From a virus, in IMG/VR virus record IMGVR_UViG_3300009610_000028, positions 1-64,000 of that record: a DNA stretch of 64,000 nucleotides, one strand, 5' to 3'. Every line of letters begins with the position of its first letter. Within the stretch, counting starts at the first letter, position 1. Below the pieces are notes generated by a model that made no database searches, was not told where the DNA came from, and was given only the letters and a program-made list of their open reading frames with translations. Below, piece after piece: positions 8,837-18,611 of this stretch. The translations under genes and the position numbers were made by a program.

Positions 8837-9227
8837 CGATCTTTGTTTCTACGACCTCGTTGAAGCCGTGGCCTACGGTATCATCGACGCAGACGATGCC
8901 GCTGCACTTCTCATGCAACCGAGGCCCTCCATGTTTGAACTCATCAGCGAAGACTTCGGCGCGTTTCGATTCCGAGGAGAGAGCACGCACAAGTGCCATC
9001 ACTGCGACGAGCCAATCGTGGAAGGCGAGATCGTCTTCCCGCTCAACAACAAGACTCTGTGGATGCACCAGGCGTGCATGGTGCGTGGCATCGCGGGCAG
9101 CGTCGGCTGTCAGAAGCTTGGTCCAGGGCACGCTCCAGGGCACGCGGACGACAGCGAGGACGGGCTGACGAAACGCGAGGCGGCAAATCGAGCGTTGGCC
9201 TATTGGCGCTTGACGAACCTGCGTTAA
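8829..9227 (+). CDS. Hypothetical Cys/His-containing protein
   Basis: CHHCDEPI...HQAC. Confidence 0.7.
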   Translation: MDDDLCFYDLVEAVAYGIIDADDAAALLMQPRPSMFELISEDFGAFRFRGESTHKCHHCDEPIVEGEIVFPLNNKTLWMHQACMVRGIAGSVGCQKLGPGHAPGHADDSEDGLTKREAANRALAYWRLTNLR

Positions 9228-9469
9228 GATTTGCCGGCGGGGCGAGCAAGAGGCAACCTGATGGGGCACGGAGGCCACCCCCGCTTGTAAACTGCTAGCA
9301 CTCACGTACAACAGAGGCACACGCGGCCACATTGAAGCTCGCCCTATCGTCGTCGTCTCCTGAGTGACGGACGTACCGCGTGGGAAAGCCGTGCTACCAA
9401 GCGCGGCTTTCTTTGTTTCTTGACCTGCTAGCGGTCGATGATTGGCGCGTCGAAATATGGAGACGCGCT

Positions 9470-10060
9470 ATGGCACTAGGCAGCAAAATCGGACGGCACC
9501 GAGCCGCACAACGGTTCATTGGCTATTTTCTGCCGACGCATTGGTTGCCAGAGAGCGCCACGCCACTCCACCCCTCGAAGCGGCGCATCCACACACCGCA
9601 GTCCGTCGAAATCACCGCGCAAACGCTTGCGAGGCTCATGGCCGACCTGTTTCCGAAGGGTCGGCTGTTGGAATTTCGCGATGAAGAGGGTTTCGATGGC
9701 AAACGGCTCGTTTGGGATGGCCAACTCACGGAAACGGGCCTGTATTACGTCAATTTCGCACTCTACAGCGGCGACGGCGACCTGTGGGGCGACATGGACA
9801 ACTTCGAGGCGGCCTATCTGCAACCTGCGGCGATGTCGCTCGTCCGCTCGGCCTGCCGGGACCGCGACGACATGAATCCAGTGCTCTTCCAGCGCCCGCC
9901 GAAGGAATACCTGCCTCTGCACACCATGCACACGTTCACAGCGGTGTACAACGGCGTTTGCGTTCGTGCGACCGAATATCTCAACGACCACGAGCCGACG
10001 ATCCTCATCGACACCGTTTCAGCCGTCAAAGGCAAGGCGGCACAGCTTTATCAGGTCTAA
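9470..10060 (+). CDS. Hypothetical protein
   Basis: GGAGA RBS before ATG 9470. Confidence 0.7.
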   Translation: MALGSKIGRHRAAQRFIGYFLPTHWLPESATPLHPSKRRIHTPQSVEITAQTLARLMADLFPKGRLLEFRDEEGFDGKRLVWDGQLTETGLYYVNFALYSGDGDLWGDMDNFEAAYLQPAAMSLVRSACRDRDDMNPVLFQRPPKEYLPLHTMHTFTAVYNGVCVRATEYLNDHEPTILIDTVSAVKGKAAQLYQV

Positions 10061-10161
10061 AATGGCTGATTTTTCGCGTAAAAATGGCCCAAAACGAGTT
10101 TTCTGTGGCCGAAAATGGCCCGCTTACAGGTCCAAATCGCTAAAACGTGCGACTTTGCGAC

Positions 10162-10569
10162 TCAATGCTCGTACCAGATGCGTCTCGGCAGCTTAATGGG
10201 AGTACCCGGCTCTGGCTGCGCGTCGATGAACGCTTGGAACGTGTCGAACACCGGCGCGTCGAGCTTGAGCCGGTCGAGATCGAGCCAGTCAAGCCGCGAG
10301 GCGACTTGTTGCAGGCAGCCCAGGTGCTCCGACTTCACCATCAGGATCAGAGCGCCGGCGCAGTGCTGCTCGACGCGAGGCGCGAAGGTGCCATCCGTAG
10401 CACGAGGCTGCTCTTTGGTCGCGCTCGTGGTCTCGTGGCACGCGAAAGTGGCCTCTTCAAGGCTCAGAGCGATGCCTTGGGCACGCGATTGCGTCAGGAA
10501 GGCTCGAATGTCACAGCGGAACGGACAGAGGGCGCACGGCTGCGTCAGCTTGAACTCCATCCGACTCAT
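10162..10569 (-). CDS. Conserved hypothetical Cys-rich phage protein
   Basis: PCALCPFR...FACHET...QHCAGA. Confidence 0.75.
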   Translation of the reverse strand: MSRMEFKLTQPCALCPFRCDIRAFLTQSRAQGIALSLEEATFACHETTSATKEQPRATDGTFAPRVEQHCAGALILMVKSEHLGCLQQVASRLDWLDLDRLKLDAPVFDTFQAFIDAQPEPGTPIKLPRRIWYEH

Positions 10570-11102
10570 CGGCGGGCCTTCTCGTAGATGCGCGTGAAGC
10601 GACCGCTGCATCCGATCTCGTCGCGGTTCGGCGGTCGATCATAGGGTACGCGATTCAGTGCCCAGTAGCCGAGCCGATCTGGCTTTCGCTTGATCTCTGC
10701 GGTGGCGAGAATTCCCCACTCTGCCGTCTCGTAGGTCACCATCAGCTTCTCGACGCGATCCGGGTGCCGGTGCAGAAGGCCCTCGCGGGCGATCTCCACT
10801 GCCAACTCCGAATAGAACGGGTCAACGCCCATTTTGTGTGACTCGATGGTCCAGATTTCGGACACGACGGCCACCGCGAGCGCGCCTTCGCGAGCACGGG
10901 CTTTCAGTAAGCCCTCGATCATGTACTTGTCGGCCGGGTTCATCAGCGCCGAGACATCGCGGCTTGTAATTTCTTTCTCAGTGACCGCGCGAACACGCGC
11001 CTTTGCGCGACCTCGCTTTTTGAACTCGCGCGTCACGTCGGCGATGATTTTCTGGAGCGGCGTCGGCGCATCGGCCAACTTCATGTTCGACGGGAGCTTC
11101 AT
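10566..11102 (-). CDS. Hypothetical protein
   Basis: ATGA-coupled leftward operon. Confidence 0.75.
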   Translation of the reverse strand: MKLPSNMKLADAPTPLQKIIADVTREFKKRGRAKARVRAVTEKEITSRDVSALMNPADKYMIEGLLKARAREGALAVAVVSEIWTIESHKMGVDPFYSELAVEIAREGLLHRHPDRVEKLMVTYETAEWGILATAEIKRKPDRLGYWALNRVPYDRPPNRDEIGCSGRFTRIYEKARR

Positions 11103-11323
11103 GGGCTGCGTTCAACGAGGTAGCGTTCGATTCCGATGAAGTCGGCGTAGCTGCCTGTCTCGCCAACCTTCATCGGAAGGGTCTGGAGACGAGGCCAGTC
11201 AACTTCTGGGATCACGGTGTCACAACCATTTCCACAATACACCGTTCGGTCGGTTACGCTAGTCACGATCCCAAAGTAGCCATCGGGCGTGACCACAAGT
11301 CGTCCTTGCTTGATTTCATCCAC
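11099..11323 (-). CDS. Hypothetical protein
   Basis: GAGGAGG RBS, coupled. Confidence 0.7.
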   Translation of the reverse strand: MDEIKQGRLVVTPDGYFGIVTSVTDRTVYCGNGCDTVIPEVDWPRLQTLPMKVGETGSYADFIGIERYLVERSP

Positions 11324-11972
11324 CGCGTTTCCTCCTCTTTAGAATGGCATCGAGCAAATTGTCCTCTCTGGGCTGTTCCTTGGGAGCATACCTCACCGCA
11401 CCCATCATCACCGGCACGGGGCCTCTCTCTGCATGTTGTTGTTCGAGGGAAAACGTCTGCTGATTGTTCAGCGGGAAGATTTTATCGTGGGGCGTGATCT
11501 CGCGTCTAGTCGAACCGATGCCGTGGACGCCATCCATCTCGAACATTCGTGGTGGACCATCAACGAGCCGGAGATTGTTGATGCTGGCCGCCACGTAAGC
11601 CTTGTTCGCGTCCGCAACGGGCACCGAGAGAATTGCCCACAGCAAATCTTCCCACTTGAACACTCGGTAGTGGAAGTTGTCGTTTGCCGGCGTGTGCGGT
11701 GGGTAATGCGTGAACTCCAGATGTTGGGCAAACTCGCAAGCGCCGGGCCGCTGAAACATCGTGACGACGTGGAACCAGGCTAGATCGTCGTTCAACTTCT
11801 CAAGCATTCCTGGATTGATCTTGAAAACCTTGGTCCATTCCTCGCGGATTTCCTTGTACCAGAAGCCGTGGTTGTTCGGCAGCGATCCCAACGTGCTCGC
11901 GAGAATTTCGTGCGTCAGCACCAGCGGTTCGTCGTACATGCGGTCCTCAAACGAAAAAAGCTGCCCGCCCAT
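11316..11972 (-). CDS. Hypothetical protein
   Basis: 218-aa ORF, coupled. Confidence 0.7.
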   Translation of the reverse strand: MGGQLFSFEDRMYDEPLVLTHEILASTLGSLPNNHGFWYKEIREEWTKVFKINPGMLEKLNDDLAWFHVVTMFQRPGACEFAQHLEFTHYPPHTPANDNFHYRVFKWEDLLWAILSVPVADANKAYVAASINNLRLVDGPPRMFEMDGVHGIGSTRREITPHDKIFPLNNQQTFSLEQQHAERGPVPVMMGAVRYAPKEQPREDNLLDAILKRRKRGG

Positions 11973-12310
11973 CCTTGGGCCGGGCAGCCTCTATGGGTCG
12001 CCACTAGCATAGCTTCCGAGGAAGCCATTCTCCAGGTCGCCAAGCACAATGCGGCCGAGTAAACAGGCCACGGGCCATCAACTCCTTGGGCGGCCTAACC
12101 ACCGGGCGGTTCCTGCGGCGGGACGGTGGTTTGCGGAGACGGAGCACTCGTTTCATACGTGAAACCCCTGCGAGAAGAGAAGTGGGACCAACGACTTCTC
12201 TTTCTTACCCGATTCTTAACTGCGGGGAAGGGATTTTCTTGGAGAATTGGCCGTTTGGGGCTGCGTCTCGCCAGCATGACCCACATATTCGGAAATCTTT
12301 GACAGCGGAT

Positions 12311-12348
12311 TTGACACCGGCCAGGCTCGGTGTAATCTTGAGTTATAC
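12311..12348 (+). promoter_or_regulatory. Putative sigma70 promoter for the resolvase operon
   Basis: TTGACA at 12311 followed by TAATCT at 16-bp spacing. Confidence 0.45.
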
Positions 12349-12378
12349 AACGTCTCGCCAGCTTTCTGAGATACATCC

Positions 12379-13107
12379 ATGCGTACCAACCCGATCACCA
12401 AGATTGTCGCCTACCTTCGCCTCAGCAAGCCGAAGAAGGGCAAAAACAAAGCGGAGACGATTGCCGATGCTTATGGAATCGAGCACCAGCGCCAGGTCAT
12501 CCAGCGGTTCGCCGACTCCATTGGGGTCAAGGTCATCGCCGAGTTCGTGGAAGTCGAAACGGGCAGTGACGCGGATCGCGTGGAGCTTGGCAAGGCCATT
12601 CACCGGGCGCGGATGCACAAGGCCACGCTCGTGATCGGCAAGCAGGACCGCTTGGGCCGCAATGTTCACTTCATCAGCACGTTGATGAACGAAGGGATTG
12701 ATTTTGTCTCCGCCGACCGCCCAGACGCTGACCGGATGGAGATTTACTTTCGAGCCATCATCGACGAAGAGGAACTTCGCCGGATCGGACAGCGGACGAA
12801 GGACGGCTTGCAGACCGCCAAAGAGAAGGGCAAGCTGCTCGGCTCGTCACGTCCTGGCCACTGGGAGAACCGCGAACACCTGCGTGGCTTCAAGCAAGCC
12901 ACCGAAGCCAGCGCGAAGGCCCGCGTCCAGCGTGCCCTCGCCGCCTACGAACCAGTCATCGAGATCGTCCGCGACTTGGAAGGGCAGTCGCTGACCGTGA
13001 TCGCCATGCGATTGAACGAGCTTGGCCATGTCACCACGGCCGGCAAGCCCTTCACGAAGCAGAACGTGTCTCGCATCACGAAAATTTTTGAACGAGAAGC
13101 CGCTTAG
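12379..13107 (+). CDS. Serine recombinase (resolvase/invertase catalytic domain plus C-terminal DNA-binding domain)
   Basis: AYLRLS nucleophile motif, Q-R, EVETGS, KQDRLGRN, IAMRLNELG-x-TTAG. Confidence 0.9.
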   Translation: MRTNPITKIVAYLRLSKPKKGKNKAETIADAYGIEHQRQVIQRFADSIGVKVIAEFVEVETGSDADRVELGKAIHRARMHKATLVIGKQDRLGRNVHFISTLMNEGIDFVSADRPDADRMEIYFRAIIDEEELRRIGQRTKDGLQTAKEKGKLLGSSRPGHWENREHLRGFKQATEASAKARVQRALAAYEPVIEIVRDLEGQSLTVIAMRLNELGHVTTAGKPFTKQNVSRITKIFEREAA

Positions 13108-13117
13108 GAGCACAACC

Positions 13118-13645
13118 ATGAAGCTGAAACTGATTGCTTATCTGTGGGAAGGGGTCCGAGGCCCGACGCCCACGGTGTTTTCGATTTCGCAGCAGAGAAA
13201 AAACATCAGACAGATCGCGGCGAAGAATGACGCCGAGATTCTGTGCGAGATCATCGACAAGGACGGCGAAGGAATCACGAAGGCGATTCGCATGGCCCGC
13301 GCCAAACATGCTACATTGGCCCTCGGCAAGCCCGTGCAAAACGTCCGCGTCACACCGTACTTGCGGAAGGCGCTCTCCAAATCGGGCGTGAAAGTCCTCA
13401 CTGTGAAAGACGACACCGGCTTCCAACAGGCCGCCGAGGCGTCCGCCGGGCTGCGGACGAAGCGGGCACTGGACGCCTACCAGTTCATCATCGAGATCGT
13501 CCGTCAGCAGAAGGCGGCCGAGAAAAACATGGCTGAGATTGCCGAGCACTTGAACGGCCTCGGCCACATGACCACTGCCGGCCAGCAGTTCACGCGAAAG
13601 AACCTGCACCGCATCGTGTCCATCTTCGAGCGAGAGGCGGCATGA
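13118..13645 (+). CDS. Degenerate paralogue of the serine recombinase lacking catalytic motifs
   Basis: C-terminal ~75 aa aligns with the upstream gene and both end IFEREAA; AYLWEG replaces AYLRLS; no DRLGR. Confidence 0.85.
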   Translation: MKLKLIAYLWEGVRGPTPTVFSISQQRKNIRQIAAKNDAEILCEIIDKDGEGITKAIRMARAKHATLALGKPVQNVRVTPYLRKALSKSGVKVLTVKDDTGFQQAAEASAGLRTKRALDAYQFIIEIVRQQKAAEKNMAEIAEHLNGLGHMTTAGQQFTRKNLHRIVSIFEREAA

Positions 13646-13842
13646 ACCTGCAAGAGCAACTGGAGATCATCAAGTCGCAGTTCAAGGAACGCACGCGATT
13701 CCAATTCACAAGTCGGAAGGGATTCTGGGTCGTCGTGCAAGTCGTGGATCGTGGCTGCGTCGTTCAGAAGATCGACGGCACGCACCAGCATCTGGCAGAG
13801 TGGATTTCGCTACTTCAAGTCACCATTGAGTCACAGCCATGA
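13642..13842 (+). CDS. Hypothetical protein
   Basis: ATGA-coupled. Confidence 0.65.
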   Translation: MNLQEQLEIIKSQFKERTRFQFTSRKGFWVVVQVVDRGCVVQKIDGTHQHLAEWISLLQVTIESQP

Positions 13843-14066
13843 CCGAGAAGAAACGGAACCCATTCACGATCACCGACTCGATGGAGATCGTGATGCTCCG
13901 CGTCTCGATTGGAGAAGTCGCACAAGCTCTGCACGTCGAGACGCCGGAGCTTCCCGTGATGGGCAAGACGTTGGAGCAACTCGCGATCATGGCAAAGCAC
14001 AACGAACGCGGTTGGAATACGTTGGCAAATAAAGTCAAAGAGCGTTTGCAAACCCTTCTCAATTGA
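13839..14066 (+). CDS. Hypothetical protein
   Basis: ATGA-coupled. Confidence 0.65.
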   Translation: MTEKKRNPFTITDSMEIVMLRVSIGEVAQALHVETPELPVMGKTLEQLAIMAKHNERGWNTLANKVKERLQTLLN

Positions 14067-14075
14067 ACATTCACC

Positions 14076-14402
14076 ATGATTGTCAGAATTCTTCAAGCAC
14101 TCACTGAGCCTGAGTTGAAAGAGGCGAAACAACTCTTCAAGCAACACGGATCGGGCACGAACTTCCAGGAGTCCGCCCGCGCGTCGATCATCCGGCCCAA
14201 CCTGGACCGCATCAACAAGTCGCTTGGCTCGACGCAAAGCAACGAGCATTACCTGTCCATCGCATTGCAGGAGGCACTGAATGACTTGGGAGAAACGAAA
14301 GATAGTCGTCCCGGCAAACGTGACCATGACGCGCCAGCGCGACAGGTTCACGCGCAGCTACGACGGCGATCTGGTGTTCAACGCAAAAAGACAGGTCGAT
14401 GA
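14076..14402 (+). CDS. Hypothetical protein; C-terminus overlaps next gene
   Basis: ORF in operon. Confidence 0.6.
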   Translation: MIVRILQALTEPELKEAKQLFKQHGSGTNFQESARASIIRPNLDRINKSLGSTQSNEHYLSIALQEALNDLGETKDSRPGKRDHDAPARQVHAQLRRRSGVQRKKTGR

Positions 14403-14490
14403 CGACGGCCAGCCCGTCACCGATACCTGGGAATTCTTTTGGCTCGGCAAGGTCTATACCGTCCTCCAATCCCAAGTCAGGGTCGCATGA
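14281..14490 (+). CDS. Hypothetical protein
   Basis: GGAGG RBS; ATGA overlap with ATPase. Confidence 0.65.
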   Translation: MTWEKRKIVVPANVTMTRQRDRFTRSYDGDLVFNAKRQVDDDGQPVTDTWEFFWLGKVYTVLQSQVRVA

Positions 14491-15359
14491 TTAGCTCCGC
14501 GTTGACTGTGACGACGTTCGCCGATTTTGAGAGATACGCTGAGGGCTTCGCACGAAAGCGCATCGCCAACTTACTGATCGTCGGTGATCCCGGATGCTCC
14601 AAGAGCCAGACGGTGCGCCGAGCGATCAAAGGCAAGGTCTGTTGGATCGAAGGCCAAGCGAGCGCGGTGGGCATGTACGAAACGCTCTACCGCCATCGTC
14701 ACTGGCCTGTTGTCATCGACGACGTGGACGAACTCTACGCCAAGAGCAACACGCGGCGTCTGCTCAAGAGTCTCTGTCAGACAGACGCAGTGAAGGAACT
14801 GGCTTGGAACACGCAGAACCGCACGCTCGAAATGGATAAAATCCCGAAGTCGTTCACGACGAAGAGTCCCGTCTGCATCATCGCTAACCAGTGGGAAACG
14901 TTGAACAGCGACGTGGCGGCGATCCAGGATCGGGCGATCACTCTGCTGTTCAAGCCGACGCCACTTGAGATTCATCTGCACGCTGCACGCTGGTTCAAGG
15001 ATCAGGAAGTCTTCGACTTCATGGCGTCGATTCTCCATATCGTTGTGACGCCGAGTTTGCGCCACTACATCATCGGTCACAGCTTGCGGAAGACAACGGC
15101 GGACTGGCGGGAGCGGCTCATCGAGCGAGTCTGCGAGCCTGAGATTCGCGTTGTCGCTCAATTCAAGCTGAATCCGGCAATGACCACAGAGGAAGAGCGT
15201 GCCAAAGCCTTCGTCGCCGCCGGGCACGGCCACCGCGCTACATATTTTCGAGGCTTGAAGAAACTGCCCGATCCTGTGGACCCACCGCAAATCAAGTTGA
15301 AGAAAGTCGCAAAGTCGCAACGAACTCGCAATGTGATCCCCATCCGAAAGGCTAACTGA
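14487..15359 (+). CDS. AAA-type P-loop ATPase with possible C-terminal HTH
   Basis: Walker A-like GDPGCSKS, Walker B VVIDD, sensor IIAN, arginine finger AIQDR; RATYFR tail. Confidence 0.75.
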   Translation: MISSALTVTTFADFERYAEGFARKRIANLLIVGDPGCSKSQTVRRAIKGKVCWIEGQASAVGMYETLYRHRHWPVVIDDVDELYAKSNTRRLLKSLCQTDAVKELAWNTQNRTLEMDKIPKSFTTKSPVCIIANQWETLNSDVAAIQDRAITLLFKPTPLEIHLHAARWFKDQEVFDFMASILHIVVTPSLRHYIIGHSLRKTTADWRERLIERVCEPEIRVVAQFKLNPAMTTEEERAKAFVAAGHGHRATYFRGLKKLPDPVDPPQIKLKKVAKSQRTRNVIPIRKAN

Positions 15360-15634
15360 TGATTCAGAAGAAACGCACAGGGGCCGGCACAATCCTGACC
15401 CTGGCCCCGTTTAGCTTGCCCAACGAGAACACACCCTGCCGCATTGTCGCGGAGATCAGCAGCCGCCGGGACGCGAGGCTCAGGATCACCGATCTGCGCA
15501 CGCTGACCATCGCCGACACGGCTATTCTGATGAATAACCTGCGAGCGATGGTTGACCGGGTACACAAAGAAATGGGGTTGGCCCAGAGGCGGGCCACGAA
15601 GAAAGCCACGAAGAAAACGCAGAGAAAACGCTAG
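15359..15634 (+). CDS. Basic hypothetical protein
   Basis: TGATG coupling. Confidence 0.6.
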   Translation: MIQKKRTGAGTILTLAPFSLPNENTPCRIVAEISSRRDARLRITDLRTLTIADTAILMNNLRAMVDRVHKEMGLAQRRATKKATKKTQRKR

Positions 15635-15704
15635 CAGGGCTTGAATTCACCACTGGCGCTAGGCAGAATCGAGGCCGTTCCGTTCACAAACCCCGGAGGC
15701 CGCC

Positions 15705-16619
15705 ATGCGTGCCGCAACTCTCGAACGTTTACTGAGTCCCAAGAGAACGAACATCCGATGGGATACAGACGAGTGGGAAGAGTTAGCAAAACGAGTTTGG
15801 AAACGCCGAGCACGGCATCCCGAAGAAAATCTGATTGTTCATGTCAACGCTGTGCAGAAACAGCAAGAGCAGCCAGGTTGTCCCGCCTGGCCGGAAGACA
15901 GAAGACGAACAATTACGACAATGGCTCAGATCGAAGCACTCTTTCCGTTGCTTCGACAACTTGATTTGGACATGATTGAGCTAAGGGACCGGACAGTCCC
16001 ATCTTTGCAAGACTCCATCGAGCAACTCCGGCAGCGGCCAGACAAAGAACAGCTATTAACACAACTTTGCCCTCAAGAGGTTTGCCGACGATTCACGGAA
16101 ACCGTATTCGAGAATCTCCCGCCGGCCGAAATCATTGGTCGCTTCAACACGATAGAGATTCTTTCGTGTATCTCACCAGCCGAAATCTACGGCTATCTTG
16201 GGCAGGCGATCTTCAACCAAATGGGCGAACTGGAATTGCGTCTCGCGGGGCATTTGGTCGATCATCAGAACGCCGGCGCTGTCAACGGCAAAACGCATCA
16301 CGCACTGACCAAAGCGAAGAACGTTGTTCTCAGCAGACCCAAGATTGCCATCGTGGGCATGCAGCAACGTCAGCTAGAGCTACTGATGAGTCACGTGGGC
16401 ACAAAATGCGAGATCATTTATATCGCCAAGGGCGTTGACGACTTCAATCAACTAAAGCCCGATCACGTCATTCTTTGGGAGACTTACGTCTCCGGCAACC
16501 AGAAGCAAGCCGTCAAGAAACATTTTCATGGTGACAGGCTGTCGATCCACAAGGGCACGTTGAATCAGATGGTGCCACTGATTGAACGTTTGCCCGTCGT
16601 CTCCAGTCGGGCCAAATGA
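15705..16619 (+). CDS. Hypothetical protein, 304 aa
   Basis: GGAGG RBS; upstream TTGAAT...CAGAAT promoter-like sequence. Confidence 0.75.
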   Translation: MRAATLERLLSPKRTNIRWDTDEWEELAKRVWKRRARHPEENLIVHVNAVQKQQEQPGCPAWPEDRRRTITTMAQIEALFPLLRQLDLDMIELRDRTVPSLQDSIEQLRQRPDKEQLLTQLCPQEVCRRFTETVFENLPPAEIIGRFNTIEILSCISPAEIYGYLGQAIFNQMGELELRLAGHLVDHQNAGAVNGKTHHALTKAKNVVLSRPKIAIVGMQQRQLELLMSHVGTKCEIIYIAKGVDDFNQLKPDHVILWETYVSGNQKQAVKKHFHGDRLSIHKGTLNQMVPLIERLPVVSSRAK

Positions 16620-16697
16620 AGCCCACGATCAGCGACAGGACTCCCATCGCCAGGGCAACTTCAAGGATGCCGCCACACGCACATGCAATAATCATTG

Positions 16698-17234
16698 TTA
16701 GAACGGGGTGGGGTGTTCCAGATCGAGTAGAAAGTGATGGGCCTCTTTGCACCAGCGTGCATCGTTGATGGCAACGTGGTTGGTGCCTTTCTGACCCGGT
16801 AGCACGAGCGTGCCATCCGTATTCAGTCGATCAAACTCTTGCTTGAGATCACGACAATACTTGCCGAAGTCTTGCGGTAGGTCGATCATCCGCCCGTAGA
16901 GTTGGCAGAGTGCAACCCAATCGTAGTCAGCGTAGTATGCCCACCACTCCGGCATCCAGTGCTCGCGCGTGTACTCCGGGTAAAGATCGCCGACGAAGAC
17001 CGGGATCGCCACGAAATCCTTGATCGCTTGTGCGATCTGCGCCCGCGTATGCCGCTTCATGCTCCCCGGAATATGGTTCAGCACTTTCCGGCGCACGAAG
17101 TCGTTCGCCTTCCCGGCGTCGAACTCGCTGGACACCATGTACAACTCGCGTTCATCGTCGCTGGCGATGCCAATCGAGATCAAGTCGATGATCCGCCCGT
17201 CTTCGATGAACTCGCAGTCGAAGTAGTACCTCAT
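16698..17234 (-). CDS. DEDDh 3'-5' exoribonuclease (Rv2179c/RNase AS-like)
   Basis: YYFDCEFIEDG...LISIGI, WAYYADYDWV, HVAINDARW. Confidence 0.85.
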   Translation of the reverse strand: MRYYFDCEFIEDGRIIDLISIGIASDDERELYMVSSEFDAGKANDFVRRKVLNHIPGSMKRHTRAQIAQAIKDFVAIPVFVGDLYPEYTREHWMPEWWAYYADYDWVALCQLYGRMIDLPQDFGKYCRDLKQEFDRLNTDGTLVLPGQKGTNHVAINDARWCKEAHHFLLDLEHPTPF

Positions 17235-17746
17235 TTGCCCCTCAGCTTCTGATCGGCGAGCGCCGCTTCTATAATGGGGACGCGAGACATGAAGACGGCA
17301 TTGCTGCGATGCTCGTGCTTGAAGTCCCGGCACAGTTGGGCATCGGGATCACACGCCTCCGACAGGATGCGACGGTATTGCTCCGTCACGTCGGGCAAGC
17401 AGCGGGTCTCGATCAGGTAGCGACCACGTGGAATGTAGTCGTCCTTCGCGAGCACGTTCAGGATCAGCGGCACATGCTTGAGCCGCGATCCTTCTCGGAG
17501 ATCGCCGGCCATTCTCTCTTGTGCTTGGGTTATCGTGCCCGCGATGTCGTATTCCAAGCAAGGGCCGTTCAGCTTGATGCCTTCGGCGAACATGAAGTCG
17601 AACTCGAAGCCGAAGACTTGTCGGACATACTTCTCGAAGTCCTGGTAATGAACCCTGAATACCGGCATCGCCTTCATCTTGATGACCGGCTTCGGATTCG
17701 TGGGCATTCTCCAGACTCTAGGCGGGGATGAACGGTCGATTAGCAT
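17231..17746 (-). CDS. Hypothetical protein
   Basis: ATGA-coupled to the exoribonuclease. Confidence 0.75.
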   Translation of the reverse strand: MLIDRSSPPRVWRMPTNPKPVIKMKAMPVFRVHYQDFEKYVRQVFGFEFDFMFAEGIKLNGPCLEYDIAGTITQAQERMAGDLREGSRLKHVPLILNVLAKDDYIPRGRYLIETRCLPDVTEQYRRILSEACDPDAQLCRDFKHEHRSNAVFMSRVPIIEAALADQKLRGK

Positions 17747-17819
17747 GCTTGACTCTCTGTTGTCTTGGAAGTAGCCTGTTTCGCTGTGGTTCGATCACTC
17801 TTTCACAGGGACTAGACCG

Positions 17820-18140
17820 ATGTTTCGATTCTCTCTGGCTGGCGTCGAAGTTCAGTGCGACGACGCACAAGAACTCCGCGCCGCACTACTCAACGGATCA
17901 GCCAATGGAAAGGCCAAGCGCCCCAAGGCGCGTAGGGCCAAGGCCACCACGGCGGCCAAACCCACCGGGGATACGGGGGCGGGCAAAATGCCGCCGGATG
18001 CAGAGATGCCGCTGATTGTTGGACCGTTGACATGGCCGAAGATCGACAAGGCGATTAAGAAAGCTGGATTCACTGGCGACAAGCGTCAATTCCGCAGCGC
18101 ACTCAAGCGCCGTCAGGACATGGAGACTCAGAAGGCGTAG
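17820..18140 (+). CDS. Basic hypothetical protein, possibly DNA-binding
   Basis: Lys/Arg/Ala-rich linker; followed by terminator. Confidence 0.65.
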   Translation: MFRFSLAGVEVQCDDAQELRAALLNGSANGKAKRPKARRAKATTAAKPTGDTGAGKMPPDAEMPLIVGPLTWPKIDKAIKKAGFTGDKRQFRSALKRRQDMETQKA

Positions 18141-18161
18141 AACAGAGCAGAGGCAGGCAAT

Positions 18162-18190
18162 AGCCACGGGTAGGACGCCCGTGGCTTTTT
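18162..18190 (+). terminator. Rho-independent terminator
   Basis: AGCCACGGG...CCCGTGGCT stem followed by T-tract. Confidence 0.75.
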
Positions 18191-18453
18191 CATGCGCCCT
18201 CTTCGGCCAGGTCTTCCTTCGGAAAGTCCAACTCGAACGCATCCGGTGCATTTGCCTCTTGATCGAACGAGACGATGTTGAACAACTCGTCGTCGATTCG
18301 CACGCAGGCACCTTCCATGAACTTCCAATTTCGCATGGCTGCGATGGCGACGTTCACTTCAAAGCGGTCATAGAGTCCCTTGTGCTCAACCGGCTTGAGG
18401 CGGCCGAACTCTTTGGCCAGGCCCCGCTTGTACAGAATGATGTATTGGCGCAT
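18190..18453 (-). CDS. Hypothetical protein
   Basis: AGGAG RBS before ATG 18453. Confidence 0.65.
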   Translation of the reverse strand: MRQYIILYKRGLAKEFGRLKPVEHKGLYDRFEVNVAIAAMRNWKFMEGACVRIDDELFNIVSFDQEANAPDAFELDFPKEDLAEEGA

Positions 18454-18611
18454 TGCGTTTTCTCCTACCACGGCAAACGCAATATGCCCCATTTTGGGTC
18501 ATAATTCGGTTGTAGCGATTTTGCCGATTGTAGGACTGGCGCGTCAAAACCAGCATTGCCGTCACGATTCGACGCGGCGCGCGGATATTTTCGGAAATCT
18601 TTCGGCACCCT

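Noticed and set aside
9250-9300. SAM riboswitch or hammerhead ribozyme (GGCAACC, CTGATG)
   Set aside because: Only isolated words match; the other conserved core elements are missing.
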